From positions 901-59,798 of the forward strand of contig CAZMVM010000001.1 of the NCBI GenBank assembly GCA_964569785.1: a DNA stretch of 58,898 bases, given 5' to 3'. The notes under the pieces were generated by a model. That model saw only the letters and a program-made list of their open reading frames with translations, was not told the origin of the DNA and did no database searches. How positions within the stretch are numbered: the first letter of the stretch is position 1; the number at the start of each line of letters is the position of its first letter. The stretch is from an uncultured Pigmentiphaga sp. (GTDB taxonomy: Bacteria > Pseudomonadota > Gammaproteobacteria > Burkholderiales > Burkholderiaceae_B). The position numbers and the translations under genes are program-made. This document shows, in pieces, positions 40,625-50,030 of this stretch.

Positions 40625-42046
40625 CTAGAACATGCGCTTATTCCATTGCAGTTGCTTGGGCAAGACGCCATTCTGAATGGCAAGCGCTGCCGCGTGGCCG
40701 GCGATCTCACCGGTTTGTGTACACCAGGGGAAGTTGCGCATCACCATGAAGATGGTTTCGAAGGTGAACGATAACGATGCCCCGGTCAGGAGCATGTTGT
40801 TCACTTTTTTCGGCAGGAAGCACCGGTAAGGGACTTCAAACGTGTACTTGCGGTAGGCATCCCAGAAAAAGGTTTTCGTCATGGGTTGCGTTACCGCATC
40901 GGGAAAGCGCCGCTCCTGTCGTGCGTCGTCAATCGAGAACACGTATTCCCCGATCGGATGACGACCATCCCTTACACCTACATAGCGACCCACGTGTGTG
41001 ACGAATGCATTTTCGAACCCGGGCACGTACTTGATGAGGAACTTTTGTTCCGCGTCGATCAGCCGTCGCAGCTCTTCCTTTGCGCGTGACGCGTCGGCCC
41101 GGCTATCATCCATGTGCAGGCCCCACTCGTAAGGAACGTTCTGCCACAGAATAAAGGTGCCCGGGCCCTGGATGGGACTCATGTCGACGGTGGGGTGTCC
41201 AATGTATTGCGTGCCATAGACGTTGTCTCCGCGCAGGCGCGGGCGGTATAAGTCGGGAGGAATATCTCCTGCCGCGCGAGCTGCTGCGATCAACTTGGCC
41301 AAAGTAGGGTCATTTTCACGCTTTTGGTATTGGGCTGTGCGTGCGAAGTCGATGCCGCTCATAATCCACAGCAGGCCGCCAGGAATCGGACGGCGTTGTC
41401 CGTCGTACTCCACGCCGTTGGGCTGCACACCGCCACCCCGCACAAAGGGAGCCCCACTGCGCGCGACCAATTCAGCGGTGCCGGTACCTTCGATAAAAAT
41501 CTTGCCGTAGATGGCCTCGCGGCCGGACGCTGATTCGATAATCACGTACTCGATGTTGGATTCGTCGCCTTGCTGAGTCAGTTCAACATCGACGAAAGCG
41601 GCACCGTAGATGGCATGAACACCCGCTTCTTTGAGCATTTGCATCATAACATTGCCCGCGCTTTCAGGATTGAAGGACGCGCGTTGAAAGGGGCTGCCTG
41701 GTGGAAGGTAATAGTCGTAATGCGCCAGCGGGTTTCCGGCCCAGTCGGGAAGTACCGTCTCGTCGGCGACATAGATGCACCCTTCACGCTCGAAACGTTC
41801 CATCAATTCGGTGTGAATACCGCCCACGCCTTTGTTCGCGGCGCCTTGCAACCCGGAGGTATGCACTCCGCCGGGCATGTCAAATCGCTCGATCAGGACG
41901 ACGCTGCAACCATCGCGACGGGCGCGCAAGGCGGCGGCAAACCCGCCCGGCCCAGCGCCGACGACAACAACGTCTGCACTCGCGATGACGGGAACCCCCT
42001 GGGGAGTGACACGGGGCGTTTCTTTCAGAAAATATTGGTTCGACAT
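40625..42046 (-). CDS. FAD-dependent oxidoreductase (FAD_oxidored/HI0933-like superfamily)
   Basis: DVVVVGAGPGG.AAA..A.R.G..V.LIER...GG, IEGTG, VPYRC.LP and C.QTGE.AG.AAALA motifs. Confidence 0.88.
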   Translation of the reverse strand: MSNQYFLKETPRVTPQGVPVIASADVVVVGAGPGGFAAALRARRDGCSVVLIERFDMPGGVHTSGLQGAANKGVGGIHTELMERFEREGCIYVADETVLPDWAGNPLAHYDYYLPPGSPFQRASFNPESAGNVMMQMLKEAGVHAIYGAAFVDVELTQQGDESNIEYVIIESASGREAIYGKIFIEGTGTAELVARSGAPFVRGGGVQPNGVEYDGQRRPIPGGLLWIMSGIDFARTAQYQKRENDPTLAKLIAAARAAGDIPPDLYRPRLRGDNVYGTQYIGHPTVDMSPIQGPGTFILWQNVPYEWGLHMDDSRADASRAKEELRRLIDAEQKFLIKYVPGFENAFVTHVGRYVGVRDGRHPIGEYVFSIDDARQERRFPDAVTQPMTKTFFWDAYRKYTFEVPYRCFLPKKVNNMLLTGASLSFTFETIFMVMRNFPWCTQTGEIAGHAAALAIQNGVLPKQLQWNKRMF

Positions 42047-42140
42047 ATAGGTGTTACTTAACCGAGATTACGGCTGGTTCGGAAAGTTGCTGGCACGGGA
42101 CTCAACGCGCTGCGCCTATTGAGAGCTTAGTGAGCGGCAA

Positions 42141-43181
42141 CTACAGCGTTGGTTTGAAGCCCGTAGACTTAACGATGTCTCCCCACCGTTGATGCAGGTT
42201 TTGAATCAGCGATTGCAACTCGTCGGGAGTAGTCCCTGCTGGTTCAAGACCCCTGCTTTCGAAGCGCGTCTGCACGTTGGGCTCCCGAATCGCCTCGTTA
42301 GCAAGTCGCGCTAGCTCAACCTTGCGCTCTTCTGGAATCGAGTTGGGTGCGTACAGTGAGTAAGATTCCTCGATGACGATATCCGGGTATCCCAGCTCGG
42401 TATAAGTAGGCACATCGGGTGCGAAGCGTGATCTTTCCGTTCCGGTTGACGCCAGCAGCCTGAGTTTGCCGGTTTCAAGCAAGGGAAGAATATCAGCCGG
42501 GGTGAGCACGCCCGCCGCGATATGGCCGCCCATCAGGTCGGTCACCAGCGGCGCCATCCCGCGGTAGGCCACATGGGTAAACGGGAACTGACCTTTTTGA
42601 CCCAACATGATGCCAGAGAAGTGCGCGCTGGTGCCCGCGCCCGGAGATCCAAACGACGCCTTGCCAGGGTTCTCTTTACACCACGCGATGAAATCATCCA
42701 GAGTTTTTACCTCTGGCGGTACCACTTCGCTGATCACCAGAAAGAATGGAAACTTCGCCAGTCGAGTGACTGGGGCGAAGTCACGCAAGGAGTCGTACCG
42801 AAGATCATCATAAATATGGGGGAAGAGAACAAACATACCGCTTGGGCTGACGAGCAGGTGGCTGCCGTCGGGCAAGCCATTCTTGACGTGCTCCAGGGCG
42901 ATGCGTCCACCTGCTCCCACCTTGCTTTCAACAATGACGTTCTCCGCGTAGCGGCCGCGCAGATAGTCGGCTACCAGGCGGGCAACGACATCCGAGGAAC
43001 CGCCTGGCGCGAACCCGGTGGTGATGGTGGCCAACGGCAAGGCTTTTGATTGGGCATGACCTAAGCCGGGTGCCAGCGTGGCTGTCGCGGTCAGCAAAGC
43101 CAGGGCCCAAAGGCTCATGCGACGGGGCGACGCGGCGCGGCGCAAGCGCGCGAGCCAAGGCTGCTCAAGTGTCGTTCTCAT
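42141..43181 (-). CDS. Bug/TctC tripartite tricarboxylate transporter substrate-binding protein
   Basis: GFAPGGSSD.VAR, GAGG, SFGSPG.G...H, HV.Y.G.AP and PDVPT..E.G motifs. GAGGA RBS before ATG 43181. Confidence 0.93.
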   Translation of the reverse strand: MRTTLEQPWLARLRRAASPRRMSLWALALLTATATLAPGLGHAQSKALPLATITTGFAPGGSSDVVARLVADYLRGRYAENVIVESKVGAGGRIALEHVKNGLPDGSHLLVSPSGMFVLFPHIYDDLRYDSLRDFAPVTRLAKFPFFLVISEVVPPEVKTLDDFIAWCKENPGKASFGSPGAGTSAHFSGIMLGQKGQFPFTHVAYRGMAPLVTDLMGGHIAAGVLTPADILPLLETGKLRLLASTGTERSRFAPDVPTYTELGYPDIVIEESYSLYAPNSIPEERKVELARLANEAIREPNVQTRFESRGLEPAGTTPDELQSLIQNLHQRWGDIVKSTGFKPTL

Positions 43182-43290
43182 TGTGTCCTCGCTATCCTGA
43201 AATTTGTTGTTGTCCGCCGGGCCGTGACGCTCGTTCAAGCCGCCTGACCCGCGTTGCTTATGGTCGGCAACTCGCGCAATCTGCACAATC

Positions 43291-43319
43291 TATAATTGTT
43301 CTTGTTTCACTACGTGTAA
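43291..43319 (+). promoter_or_regulatory. -10 box and imperfect palindrome (IclR/MhpR-type operator candidate) between bug and iclR
   Basis: TATAAT at 43291-43296; TTTCAC-TAC-GTGTAA at 43305-43319. Confidence 0.45.
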
Positions 43320-43327
43320 TAGCCATC

Positions 43328-44185
43328 ATGCAGAGCGTCAAATCGATCCGGGCAGTGGAAAGGGCGTTTGCGGTGCTCGAGGCCTTGCAAAACGCTGCCG
43401 ACGGAGCGACTTTGGCTGATTTGCAGCGCGCGACGGGACTATCCAAACCCACCTTGCTGCGGTTGTTGAAAACGTTGATTCAAGTGAAGGCTGTCCGCCG
43501 CGGGATGGCCGATCAGAAATACCGCACGGCAGTGCAGCTCAACCTGCTAGGTCGTGGGGTCACCGCGCTCGAGCGTCTGGCGGAGATATCCGCACCAATT
43601 TTGGACGAGCTGTGTCAACAGCTCGAGTGGCCCTCCGATGTGCTCATTCATCAGGAGGATGATGACTGCATGATGGTGCTTGAGTCTAATCTACGCCGGT
43701 CTCGTTTTTATGTCCGACGCCGGGTCGGACGCTCGCGGGTCAATCTGCTGGGGTCTGCGGGCGGCCTCGCGTTTCTCTCGGCGCTGCGTGCCGAACGGGT
43801 AGAGCAATTGCGCGAAGCAGCCCGACACGGAGCAGACCCGCACAACACCAAGATCATCGCACGTGGCGATCTAGATCAGGTACTTGAAACCGTACGAGCA
43901 CGCGGCTACGCCGCACGTCACCCCTTGTATCGTGGGGGAAGCTACCGGTTAACGCCGCGCGATGACCGGTTATTCGCTATCGCTGTGCCTATTCTGGGAG
44001 ATCACTTCGTTTTGGGCGCTGTCAACGTCAACTGGAACCGTCAAGCCCATTCAGAGCAGGCGATGGCCGCGATGGCGGTCGAGCCGCTGCAGCAGGCGGC
44101 GACGCGTATTGCGAAAGCCGTCAAGGAGCAGGGTATCGAGGCCGCTCTTGGACGCGTCAATCTGAAAAGACAGGGGCTTCAATAG
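43328..44185 (+). CDS. IclR-family regulator (MhpR-like)
   Basis: IRAVERAFAVLEAL...TGLSKPTLLRLL.TL HTH; L.WPSD and SAGG.AFL motifs typical of MhpR-like proteins. Confidence 0.92.
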   Translation: MQSVKSIRAVERAFAVLEALQNAADGATLADLQRATGLSKPTLLRLLKTLIQVKAVRRGMADQKYRTAVQLNLLGRGVTALERLAEISAPILDELCQQLEWPSDVLIHQEDDDCMMVLESNLRRSRFYVRRRVGRSRVNLLGSAGGLAFLSALRAERVEQLREAARHGADPHNTKIIARGDLDQVLETVRARGYAARHPLYRGGSYRLTPRDDRLFAIAVPILGDHFVLGAVNVNWNRQAHSEQAMAAMAVEPLQQAATRIAKAVKEQGIEAALGRVNLKRQGLQ

Positions 44186-44222
44186 CGTAGCTGCGGCGAG
44201 CTGGCCCCACGCATTCAATGGG

Positions 44223-45185
44223 CTAATGGAGTCGTCTCCCCAGTAACATGCCGGCAATACCGGCCCCGATGACTAGAAGCAAGGGGGTAGTAAGCGATTT
44301 TCGGTTTGCTGTTTGAAATCCGCCCCGGATACGAGGATCGCGTGTAGGTTCGAAGACGTTGCCCTCCGTTTTGGGGGCAGTCTCTGCTCGCCGCAGGCCC
44401 GCATCGATCAGGGCGCGAGTGATGCGTAGGGTAAGGTTGGGCGCCAGGGCATGGGCAATTCGAGCCGGCCACACCAAGCTACCGATGGTGATGTAAGGGC
44501 GCGGTGCGTCAATGAGCTGAACAATTCGATCAGCCACATGAAATGGATCCAGGGTCGGGGGCACCGCGCGTAATCGTTTGCCCGTGTAGTTCGCCGCGTG
44601 GCTGAGGCCGGCGGTGTCCACCATAACGGGATAAACCTCACATATATGGATGCCGGGTTGATCGGCAACCTCGGCGCGTAACGCCTGCGCGAACGCGCGC
44701 AATCCGAACTTACTGGCGGCATAAGAAGCGGCGTAGGGAGTGGGCAGCCACCCGCCAATGGAGTTCATGTTAATGAGAATGCCCCGCTGTCGGTGACGAA
44801 AGTGGGGCAAAATTGCATGGGCCCCGTATAAATGTCCCAACAGGCTGGCCTCAACAACGCGGCGATGTGCGTCTACGGGTACTTCTTCCAGTCGCCCAAC
44901 CGCCGCTGTGCCAACCATGTTGATCCACACGTCAACTCGCCCAAAGTGCTCGATGGCAGCGCGTGCCAGCGAATGCACCGAAGCAGGGTTGGTCACATCA
45001 GTCACGTGTGTCGTCGCGTGGCCGCCCAATTGTCTGCATTCTTCGGCCACCTCGTCGAGGGCGGCCTCGTCACGCGCCGCCAAAACCAGTGAGGCGCCGC
45101 GTCGCGCCAACACCAGCGCAGTTGCGCGACCGATGCCGCTGGTTGCGGCGGTTAGAACCACGGTGATCGGATAGCGACGGAGCAT
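44223..45185 (-). CDS. Short-chain dehydrogenase/reductase with C-terminal membrane tail
   Basis: TAATSGIG (variant of TGxxxGIG), catalytic S..Y(AAS)K and hydrophobic C-terminus. Confidence 0.88.
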   Translation of the reverse strand: MLRRYPITVVLTAATSGIGRATALVLARRGASLVLAARDEAALDEVAEECRQLGGHATTHVTDVTNPASVHSLARAAIEHFGRVDVWINMVGTAAVGRLEEVPVDAHRRVVEASLLGHLYGAHAILPHFRHRQRGILINMNSIGGWLPTPYAASYAASKFGLRAFAQALRAEVADQPGIHICEVYPVMVDTAGLSHAANYTGKRLRAVPPTLDPFHVADRIVQLIDAPRPYITIGSLVWPARIAHALAPNLTLRITRALIDAGLRRAETAPKTEGNVFEPTRDPRIRGGFQTANRKSLTTPLLLVIGAGIAGMLLGRRLH

Positions 45186-45200
45186 AGTAAGTTCCTCGGA

Positions 45201-45401
45201 TTAGAAGCCACCGCTCGACAGCGTGATGATGGCGGCAATGGGCTTGATGGCGATTGTTTTGAACGGCATGTGCCCGGCCTGCCGATGGAGGGCATCGATG
45301 ACCGAATCCTTCAGGCCGGCCTTGTCCATCCTGTAGCCATAATACAGCAGCAACCCGTTCAGAAAGCCGGCAATGGGAAGCATCGCCATCTGCAACAACA
45401 A
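45201..45401 (-). pseudogene. Internal fragment of a ClC chloride channel/antiporter gene
   Basis: LPIAGFLNGLLLY...VIDALH..AG.M....IAIKPIAAIITLSSGG resembles ClC helices B-E, then stops just before the expected GREGP. Confidence 0.6.
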
Positions 45402-45402
45402 G

Positions 45403-45476
45403 GGAACGTCCGTGGTCTGCTCTACCCGTACTTTCCGGGCAAAGAGGCGCTCGTCGCTGCGGTCATCGCGCGTGAA
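45403..45476 (+). pseudogene. Remnant of a TetR-family HTH
   Basis: GTSV / frameshift / LLYPYFPGKEALVAAVIARE resembles the TetR consensus GVS.GSLY.YFP.KEAL. No start codon or ligand domain. Confidence 0.55.
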
Positions 45477-46416
45477 TATGCGAATTACAGCGGCCGGCGG
45501 TGAGTATCGTCACTCCTTGCCAGTGCTCCCTGACGACAGCTTGCCGCGCCATGTCGATGATGATGTCCATCAGGGCAAGGATGCTGGGCGTGGGTTCGAC
45601 GTTCCGTACATGAAGCAAGGCCCAGTTGACGAATACGTTCCTTATCGGACGTGCTTCGAGCTTTCCCTCTGCAACCATTCCTGCCACAGCCGAATACGGC
45701 AGCACGCAGTGTCCTATTCCTTCGGCCGTCGCCTGCGTGAGAATGCGGACCGAATTCGCCTCAAGAACGACGTTCGGCTTGGTGTTGACCTCGGCCAGGC
45801 ACTCGTCAAGTATGCGTCGGAGCGCATTCGGCTGTCGCGATGCAACGTAGCGAAGCGATGCAAGAAACTCGGGTCCGACCGATCGGTGGTCGGAAATGTC
45901 GCCCGGCCTGGACGCCAGGTACATCTGTTCCCGAAGCAATGGTGTAGAACAAAACCGCGTCGTGGAATCGCTCGCGGCAACAATCGCGAAGTCTAGGGTT
46001 CCGGCCGAGATGAGTTCCGTGAGCTCAGCACTCGACGCTTCCGTCACACTGAGGTGGACGCTGGGGTAAGTGCTCGTATATTGGCGTACGCTCGGGGTGG
46101 TGACCAAATCGCACAAGGAAGGCGGCACGCCAAATCTTAGGTTGCCGGTGGGTACATCCGCCAGTGCAGCAACGTCGAGGCTAACCTGCCTGAACGATTC
46201 CAGCAGTGCCGGCGCCCGCTCGGCCAGGTGACGCCCGGCGGCGGTCAGGCTCACGCCCAGGTCCGACCGCGTGAATAGCTTCACCCCCAGCGAGTTCTCA
46301 AGTTCTTGCATCTGACGCGAGAGTGCCGGCTGCGTGATGTGCAGTGTGACCGAAGCCTTCGTGAAGCTCAGCTGGCGGGCGATCTCGATGAAATACTTGA
46401 GTTGCTTGGGCGTCAT
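45463..46416 (-). CDS. LysR-family transcriptional regulator
   Basis: QLKYF..IA...SFTKAS..LHITQPALSRQM..LE..LGV.LF.R HTH followed by a substrate-binding domain. Confidence 0.96.
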   Translation of the reverse strand: MTPKQLKYFIEIARQLSFTKASVTLHITQPALSRQMQELENSLGVKLFTRSDLGVSLTAAGRHLAERAPALLESFRQVSLDVAALADVPTGNLRFGVPPSLCDLVTTPSVRQYTSTYPSVHLSVTEASSAELTELISAGTLDFAIVAASDSTTRFCSTPLLREQMYLASRPGDISDHRSVGPEFLASLRYVASRQPNALRRILDECLAEVNTKPNVVLEANSVRILTQATAEGIGHCVLPYSAVAGMVAEGKLEARPIRNVFVNWALLHVRNVEPTPSILALMDIIIDMARQAVVREHWQGVTILTAGRCNSHIHAR

Positions 46417-46470
46417 CGTCTACCGTCGGAGGTCGCTCGATCTGATCGGGTGTGTCGCCGCATTCGGGTT

Positions 46471-46487
46471 CATGCCTTTCATGCATG
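46471..46487. promoter_or_regulatory. LysR recognition site (T-N11-A)
   Basis: CATGC-N7-GCATG palindrome in the divergent lysR/crotonase intergenic region. Confidence 0.6.
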
Positions 46488-46566
46488 GAGTCTAGAACAA
46501 AATTCGATTGGACGATATTGGCTTTGCGGCGCTAAGGTCGCCTCAACAACGCAAAACGAGCGAGAC

Positions 46567-47388
46567 ATGGAAGGCCAAACCCGAACCTTGGCGGATGACC
46601 TGAAGGCGCCGTCGGACATCAAACTCAAAATAGAACGCAACGTCGCCTTCCTCACCATTGACCGCCCCCACGAAGGCAATAGGCTCACTCCTGCCTCGTT
46701 GGTTCACCTCCAGGAGATCGCGGCAGGGCTCGCGTCGGACCGACGAACGGCCTGCGTGGTCATCACCGGCGCAGGTACCGAGTTCTTCTCTTCCGGCATC
46801 TTTAATATCGAACTGCGAGCCGCCTATTCCAAGGAAGACTCCCTCAAGATTGTTCGCCTCGCGATCGATGCCTTCGACCGGCTCGAAACACTGCCGCAGC
46901 TCGTCATTGGCGCCTTGAATGGCGCAGTTCGCGCGGGCGGGGGGGAGCTCGCGCTCGCGTGCGACCTTCGTATCTGTGCAAGCAACGCCACTCTCGCATT
47001 CCACGAGACGAGTTATGCCTGCTTCCCCGGGGCGGGAGCGCCGGTTCGACTTCCTTCGATCATTGGCGCGGCGCGTGCCCTGGAGCTTATCGCGACGGGG
47101 CGCGAAGTGGACGCCTCCGAGATGCTGAGGATCGGATTCGTGACGAGCGTACTTCCACAAGAGGGCATGTTTGCCGCAGTCGAGGATATGGCGACAAAAA
47201 TAGCGGCAAAAGGCCCGCTAGGCATACGGGGAGCGAAGCAAATCGTCCAAATGCAAACGAGGTGTGGGGCCGAGGCTGCGCACCGGCATTCCTGGGCGCT
47301 TCGTCAGGCGCTCGAGTACAGCCAGGACGTCGACGAAGCGGTCACGGCTTATCGTGAGCAACGAGCGGCAAATTACCGGGGCTGCTAG
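46567..47388 (+). CDS. Enoyl-CoA hydratase/isomerase (crotonase) family protein
   Basis: LTIDRP...N, VVITGAG..FFSSG, GALNG...AGGGELALACDLR and FHE motifs. Start at ATG 46567. Confidence 0.92.
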   Translation: MEGQTRTLADDLKAPSDIKLKIERNVAFLTIDRPHEGNRLTPASLVHLQEIAAGLASDRRTACVVITGAGTEFFSSGIFNIELRAAYSKEDSLKIVRLAIDAFDRLETLPQLVIGALNGAVRAGGGELALACDLRICASNATLAFHETSYACFPGAGAPVRLPSIIGAARALELIATGREVDASEMLRIGFVTSVLPQEGMFAAVEDMATKIAAKGPLGIRGAKQIVQMQTRCGAEAAHRHSWALRQALEYSQDVDEAVTAYREQRAANYRGC

Positions 47389-47424
47389 CACCATCACGCC
47401 GTCATCAAAAAAGGGGAGACAATC

Positions 47425-48423
47425 ATGCGCACTATCCTTAAGGCTGACCGCCGGATTCTTACTGCCTTGCGCAATGCAGCTGTGGTCCTTGCGATGGGGG
47501 CCGCTACTGGTGCATCTGCGCAGGATTTCCCCGAGCGACCGATCACGCTCGTCGTGCCCTGGGCTGCAGGCGGCATCGTGGACACCACGGCGCGTCAGAT
47601 CGGCCAGAAAATGGCGGAGCAACTTGGGCAGTCGGTGATCATCGACAATCGCCCCGGAGCCGGAGGCTCTATCGGAACCGAGTACGTGGCGAAGTCGGCT
47701 CCGGACGGCTACACGCTGTTGATGGCGTTTGATACACATGCTGTGAATCCGCTCATCTACAAGAATCTGCCCTACGACACCTTCAAGGACTTTGCGCCCG
47801 TGTCTGCGGTCGGTTCGATTCCCCTGGTTTTTGCCACTTCACCGAAGTTTCCTGCCGACAATCTCGCAGATCTTGCGGAGCGTTCGAAAGCACAACCCGA
47901 CGGGCTCTCCTATGGGTCCGTTGGCGCGGGCAGTTCCGGCCACCTTGCAGCGGAGCAATTCCGGATGCTCACGGGCGCCAACCTGGTGCATGTTCCCTTC
48001 AAGGGAGGAGCGCCGGCCCTGGCCGCTCTGATGGGCGAGCACATACAACTCGTCGTTTTTGCGGTAGGGGCGGCTGTTCCTCACATACAAGCGGGGAAGG
48101 TCAAAGCGCTTGCGCTAACCGGTCCACAACGTTCCAAGGCGCTGCCGGACGTGCCGACTACCGAGGAGGCCGGTTTTCCCCAGCTGAATTCCGGCGCGTG
48201 GATGGGTATTCTCGTGCCCGCGGGGACTCCGGAACCCGTCATCACCAAGCTGCACGATGCCATCGACAAGGCAGTCAGCGACCCCGAGGTTGCCGCCGGT
48301 CTTGCCAAGCAGGCGGTTGAGCTCGGTTCGTCGAGCCCATCTGCTTTTGGCGACTTCATCAAGACGGAGCACGAGAAATGGGCCAAGATCATCCAGGAGG
48401 CCAAGCTGGATCTCCGTCAGTGA
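47425..48423 (+). CDS. Bug/TctC substrate-binding protein
   Basis: Signal peptide; FP.RPITLVVPWAAGG..D..AR, NRPGAGG.IG, PDGYTL and HVPFKGGAPA motifs. Confidence 0.95.
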   Translation: MRTILKADRRILTALRNAAVVLAMGAATGASAQDFPERPITLVVPWAAGGIVDTTARQIGQKMAEQLGQSVIIDNRPGAGGSIGTEYVAKSAPDGYTLLMAFDTHAVNPLIYKNLPYDTFKDFAPVSAVGSIPLVFATSPKFPADNLADLAERSKAQPDGLSYGSVGAGSSGHLAAEQFRMLTGANLVHVPFKGGAPALAALMGEHIQLVVFAVGAAVPHIQAGKVKALALTGPQRSKALPDVPTTEEAGFPQLNSGAWMGILVPAGTPEPVITKLHDAIDKAVSDPEVAAGLAKQAVELGSSSPSAFGDFIKTEHEKWAKIIQEAKLDLRQ

Positions 48424-48474
48424 TCAGGCTGCCATCTCGTGAACTCACGATAGGCCCACGACAGAAGGTGCGCC

Positions 48475-49413
48475 ATGGCAAAAGCTCAGAAGAAAGTGGT
48501 TATCACCTGCGCCGTAACCGGCGCGATCCATACTCCCACCATGAGCCCTCATCTGCCGATCACACCTGCGGAGATTGCGGCGGAGTCGGTGGCTGCGGCT
48601 GAGGCCGGCGCCGCCATCATCCATCTGCATGCTCGGGATCCCCAGGATGGGCGCCCCACCCCCGATCCGGCGGTATTCCGCCAGTTTCTGCCCGTCATCA
48701 AGGAGCAGACGGATGCGGTGATCAACATCACGACCGGGGGCGGTCATAACATGACGGTGCAGGAGCGCCTTCGGGCGCCCCTGGACCTGGCGCCCGAGAT
48801 GGCTTCGTTCAATATGGGCTCCATGAACTTCGGGCTGTATCCCATGGCGGCCCGCTATCCGAAGTTCTTGCACGACTGGGAGCCCGAATACCTCGAAAAT
48901 ACGCGCGACTTCATCTTCCGCAATACGTTCAAGGATATGGAATACACCCTGGAGCATCTTGGCAAAGGCTGCGGTACGCGCTTCGAGTTCGAATGCTACG
49001 ACGTTGGTCATTTGTATAACCTCGCACACCTGCGCGATCGCAAGCTGGTCGAGGGCCCCTTATTCGTGCAAACCATCTTTGGCATACTCGGAGGAATCGG
49101 CACGGACCCCGAGAACCTGCTGCACATGAAGCGCATCGCGGACAAACTTTTCGGCGATGATTACTACTGGTCGGTACTGGCCGCAGGCCGTCACCAGATG
49201 GGGCTTTGCACCGTCGCAGCGCAGATGGGCGGCAATGTCCGCGTGGGGCTCGAAGACAGTCTCTACCTGGGGAAGGGCAAGCTTGCCGAGTCCAACGCCG
49301 ACCAGGTGAGGAAGATTCGCTCCATTATCGAAAGCCTGTCGCTCGAGATCGCCACCCCCAATGAGGTCCGAACCATGCTGGCCCTCAAAGGTCCTGCTTT
49401 GGTGAAGTTCTGA
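48475..49413 (+). CDS. Beta-keto acid cleavage enzyme (BKACE/DUF849, 3-keto-5-aminohexanoate cleavage family)
   Basis: ITCAVTGAIHTP, Zn-binding IIHLHARD, TTGG, SFNMGSMNF and RVGLED motifs. Confidence 0.94.
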   Translation: MAKAQKKVVITCAVTGAIHTPTMSPHLPITPAEIAAESVAAAEAGAAIIHLHARDPQDGRPTPDPAVFRQFLPVIKEQTDAVINITTGGGHNMTVQERLRAPLDLAPEMASFNMGSMNFGLYPMAARYPKFLHDWEPEYLENTRDFIFRNTFKDMEYTLEHLGKGCGTRFEFECYDVGHLYNLAHLRDRKLVEGPLFVQTIFGILGGIGTDPENLLHMKRIADKLFGDDYYWSVLAAGRHQMGLCTVAAQMGGNVRVGLEDSLYLGKGKLAESNADQVRKIRSIIESLSLEIATPNEVRTMLALKGPALVKF

Positions 49414-49686
49414 GCGGGTTGTCAGGGTCGTGCTTGCGATGCGGCACTCCTTGCCTCGATGACTCGTAGCCTCGGTGAGCCGATGAGCGACGTTCATCCT
49501 TGATCGGGTGGGGCCTTGCCGTTGTCGTCGTGGGCGTCACACAAGGCCCGGACCCACAATTGTCGCCGGATGAGCCCCGTGAAGTAGCATGTAATTCAAG
49601 AGCGGGGCAAGTGCGAAATGCGCAGGGAACGCCTGGCCCGGAGCGTGGAGTTTCTTACTCCGAGGAAGATGCCGACGGGGCGCGCA

Positions 49687-50010
49687 TCAAGGCGGAGCTT
49701 GGGTGACCGCACCGCCGCTGTCGAGTTCATAGAGCCAGGCCAACACCTCCGCTACGGCTGCGTACAACTGGGGTGGAATACGTGCATCGAGATCTACTTG
49801 CATCAACAGCCCGACGAGCTCCGGAGACTCGTGGACGTACACGCCGTGCTCACGTGCGGTGCGCATAATGGTTTCCGCCAGCACCCCATAGCCCTTGGCC
49901 ACGACGCGCGGCGCGTCATCGTCACCCGCGTAGCGCAACGCCACCGCCGAGCGACGCGGTTCAGTCGCTGCAGGTTCGCTCTCTGGGTGCGGGGGCGGGT
50001 TAGTTGGCAT
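49687..50010 (-). CDS. Standalone FlhB C-terminal (FlhB-CC-like) protein
   Basis: AVALRY....APRVVAKG.G.LA..I...A....V...P.L...L......IP..LY.AVAEVLAW.Y mirrors the post-NPTH part of flhB in this window. No TM segment and no NPTH. Confidence 0.9.
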   Translation of the reverse strand: MPTNPPPHPESEPAATEPRRSAVALRYAGDDDAPRVVAKGYGVLAETIMRTAREHGVYVHESPELVGLLMQVDLDARIPPQLYAAVAEVLAWLYELDSGGAVTQAPP

Positions 50011-50030
50011 GGGTGGTGGAACTCCAGGAA

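Noticed and set aside
42141-48423. Two Bug proteins without TctA/TctB membrane partners
   Set aside because: Orphan bug genes are the norm in Bordetella-like betaproteobacteria.
49414-49686. Spacer after BKACE as an IS end or small gene
   Set aside because: No inverted repeats, target duplication or recognisable protein motif seen.
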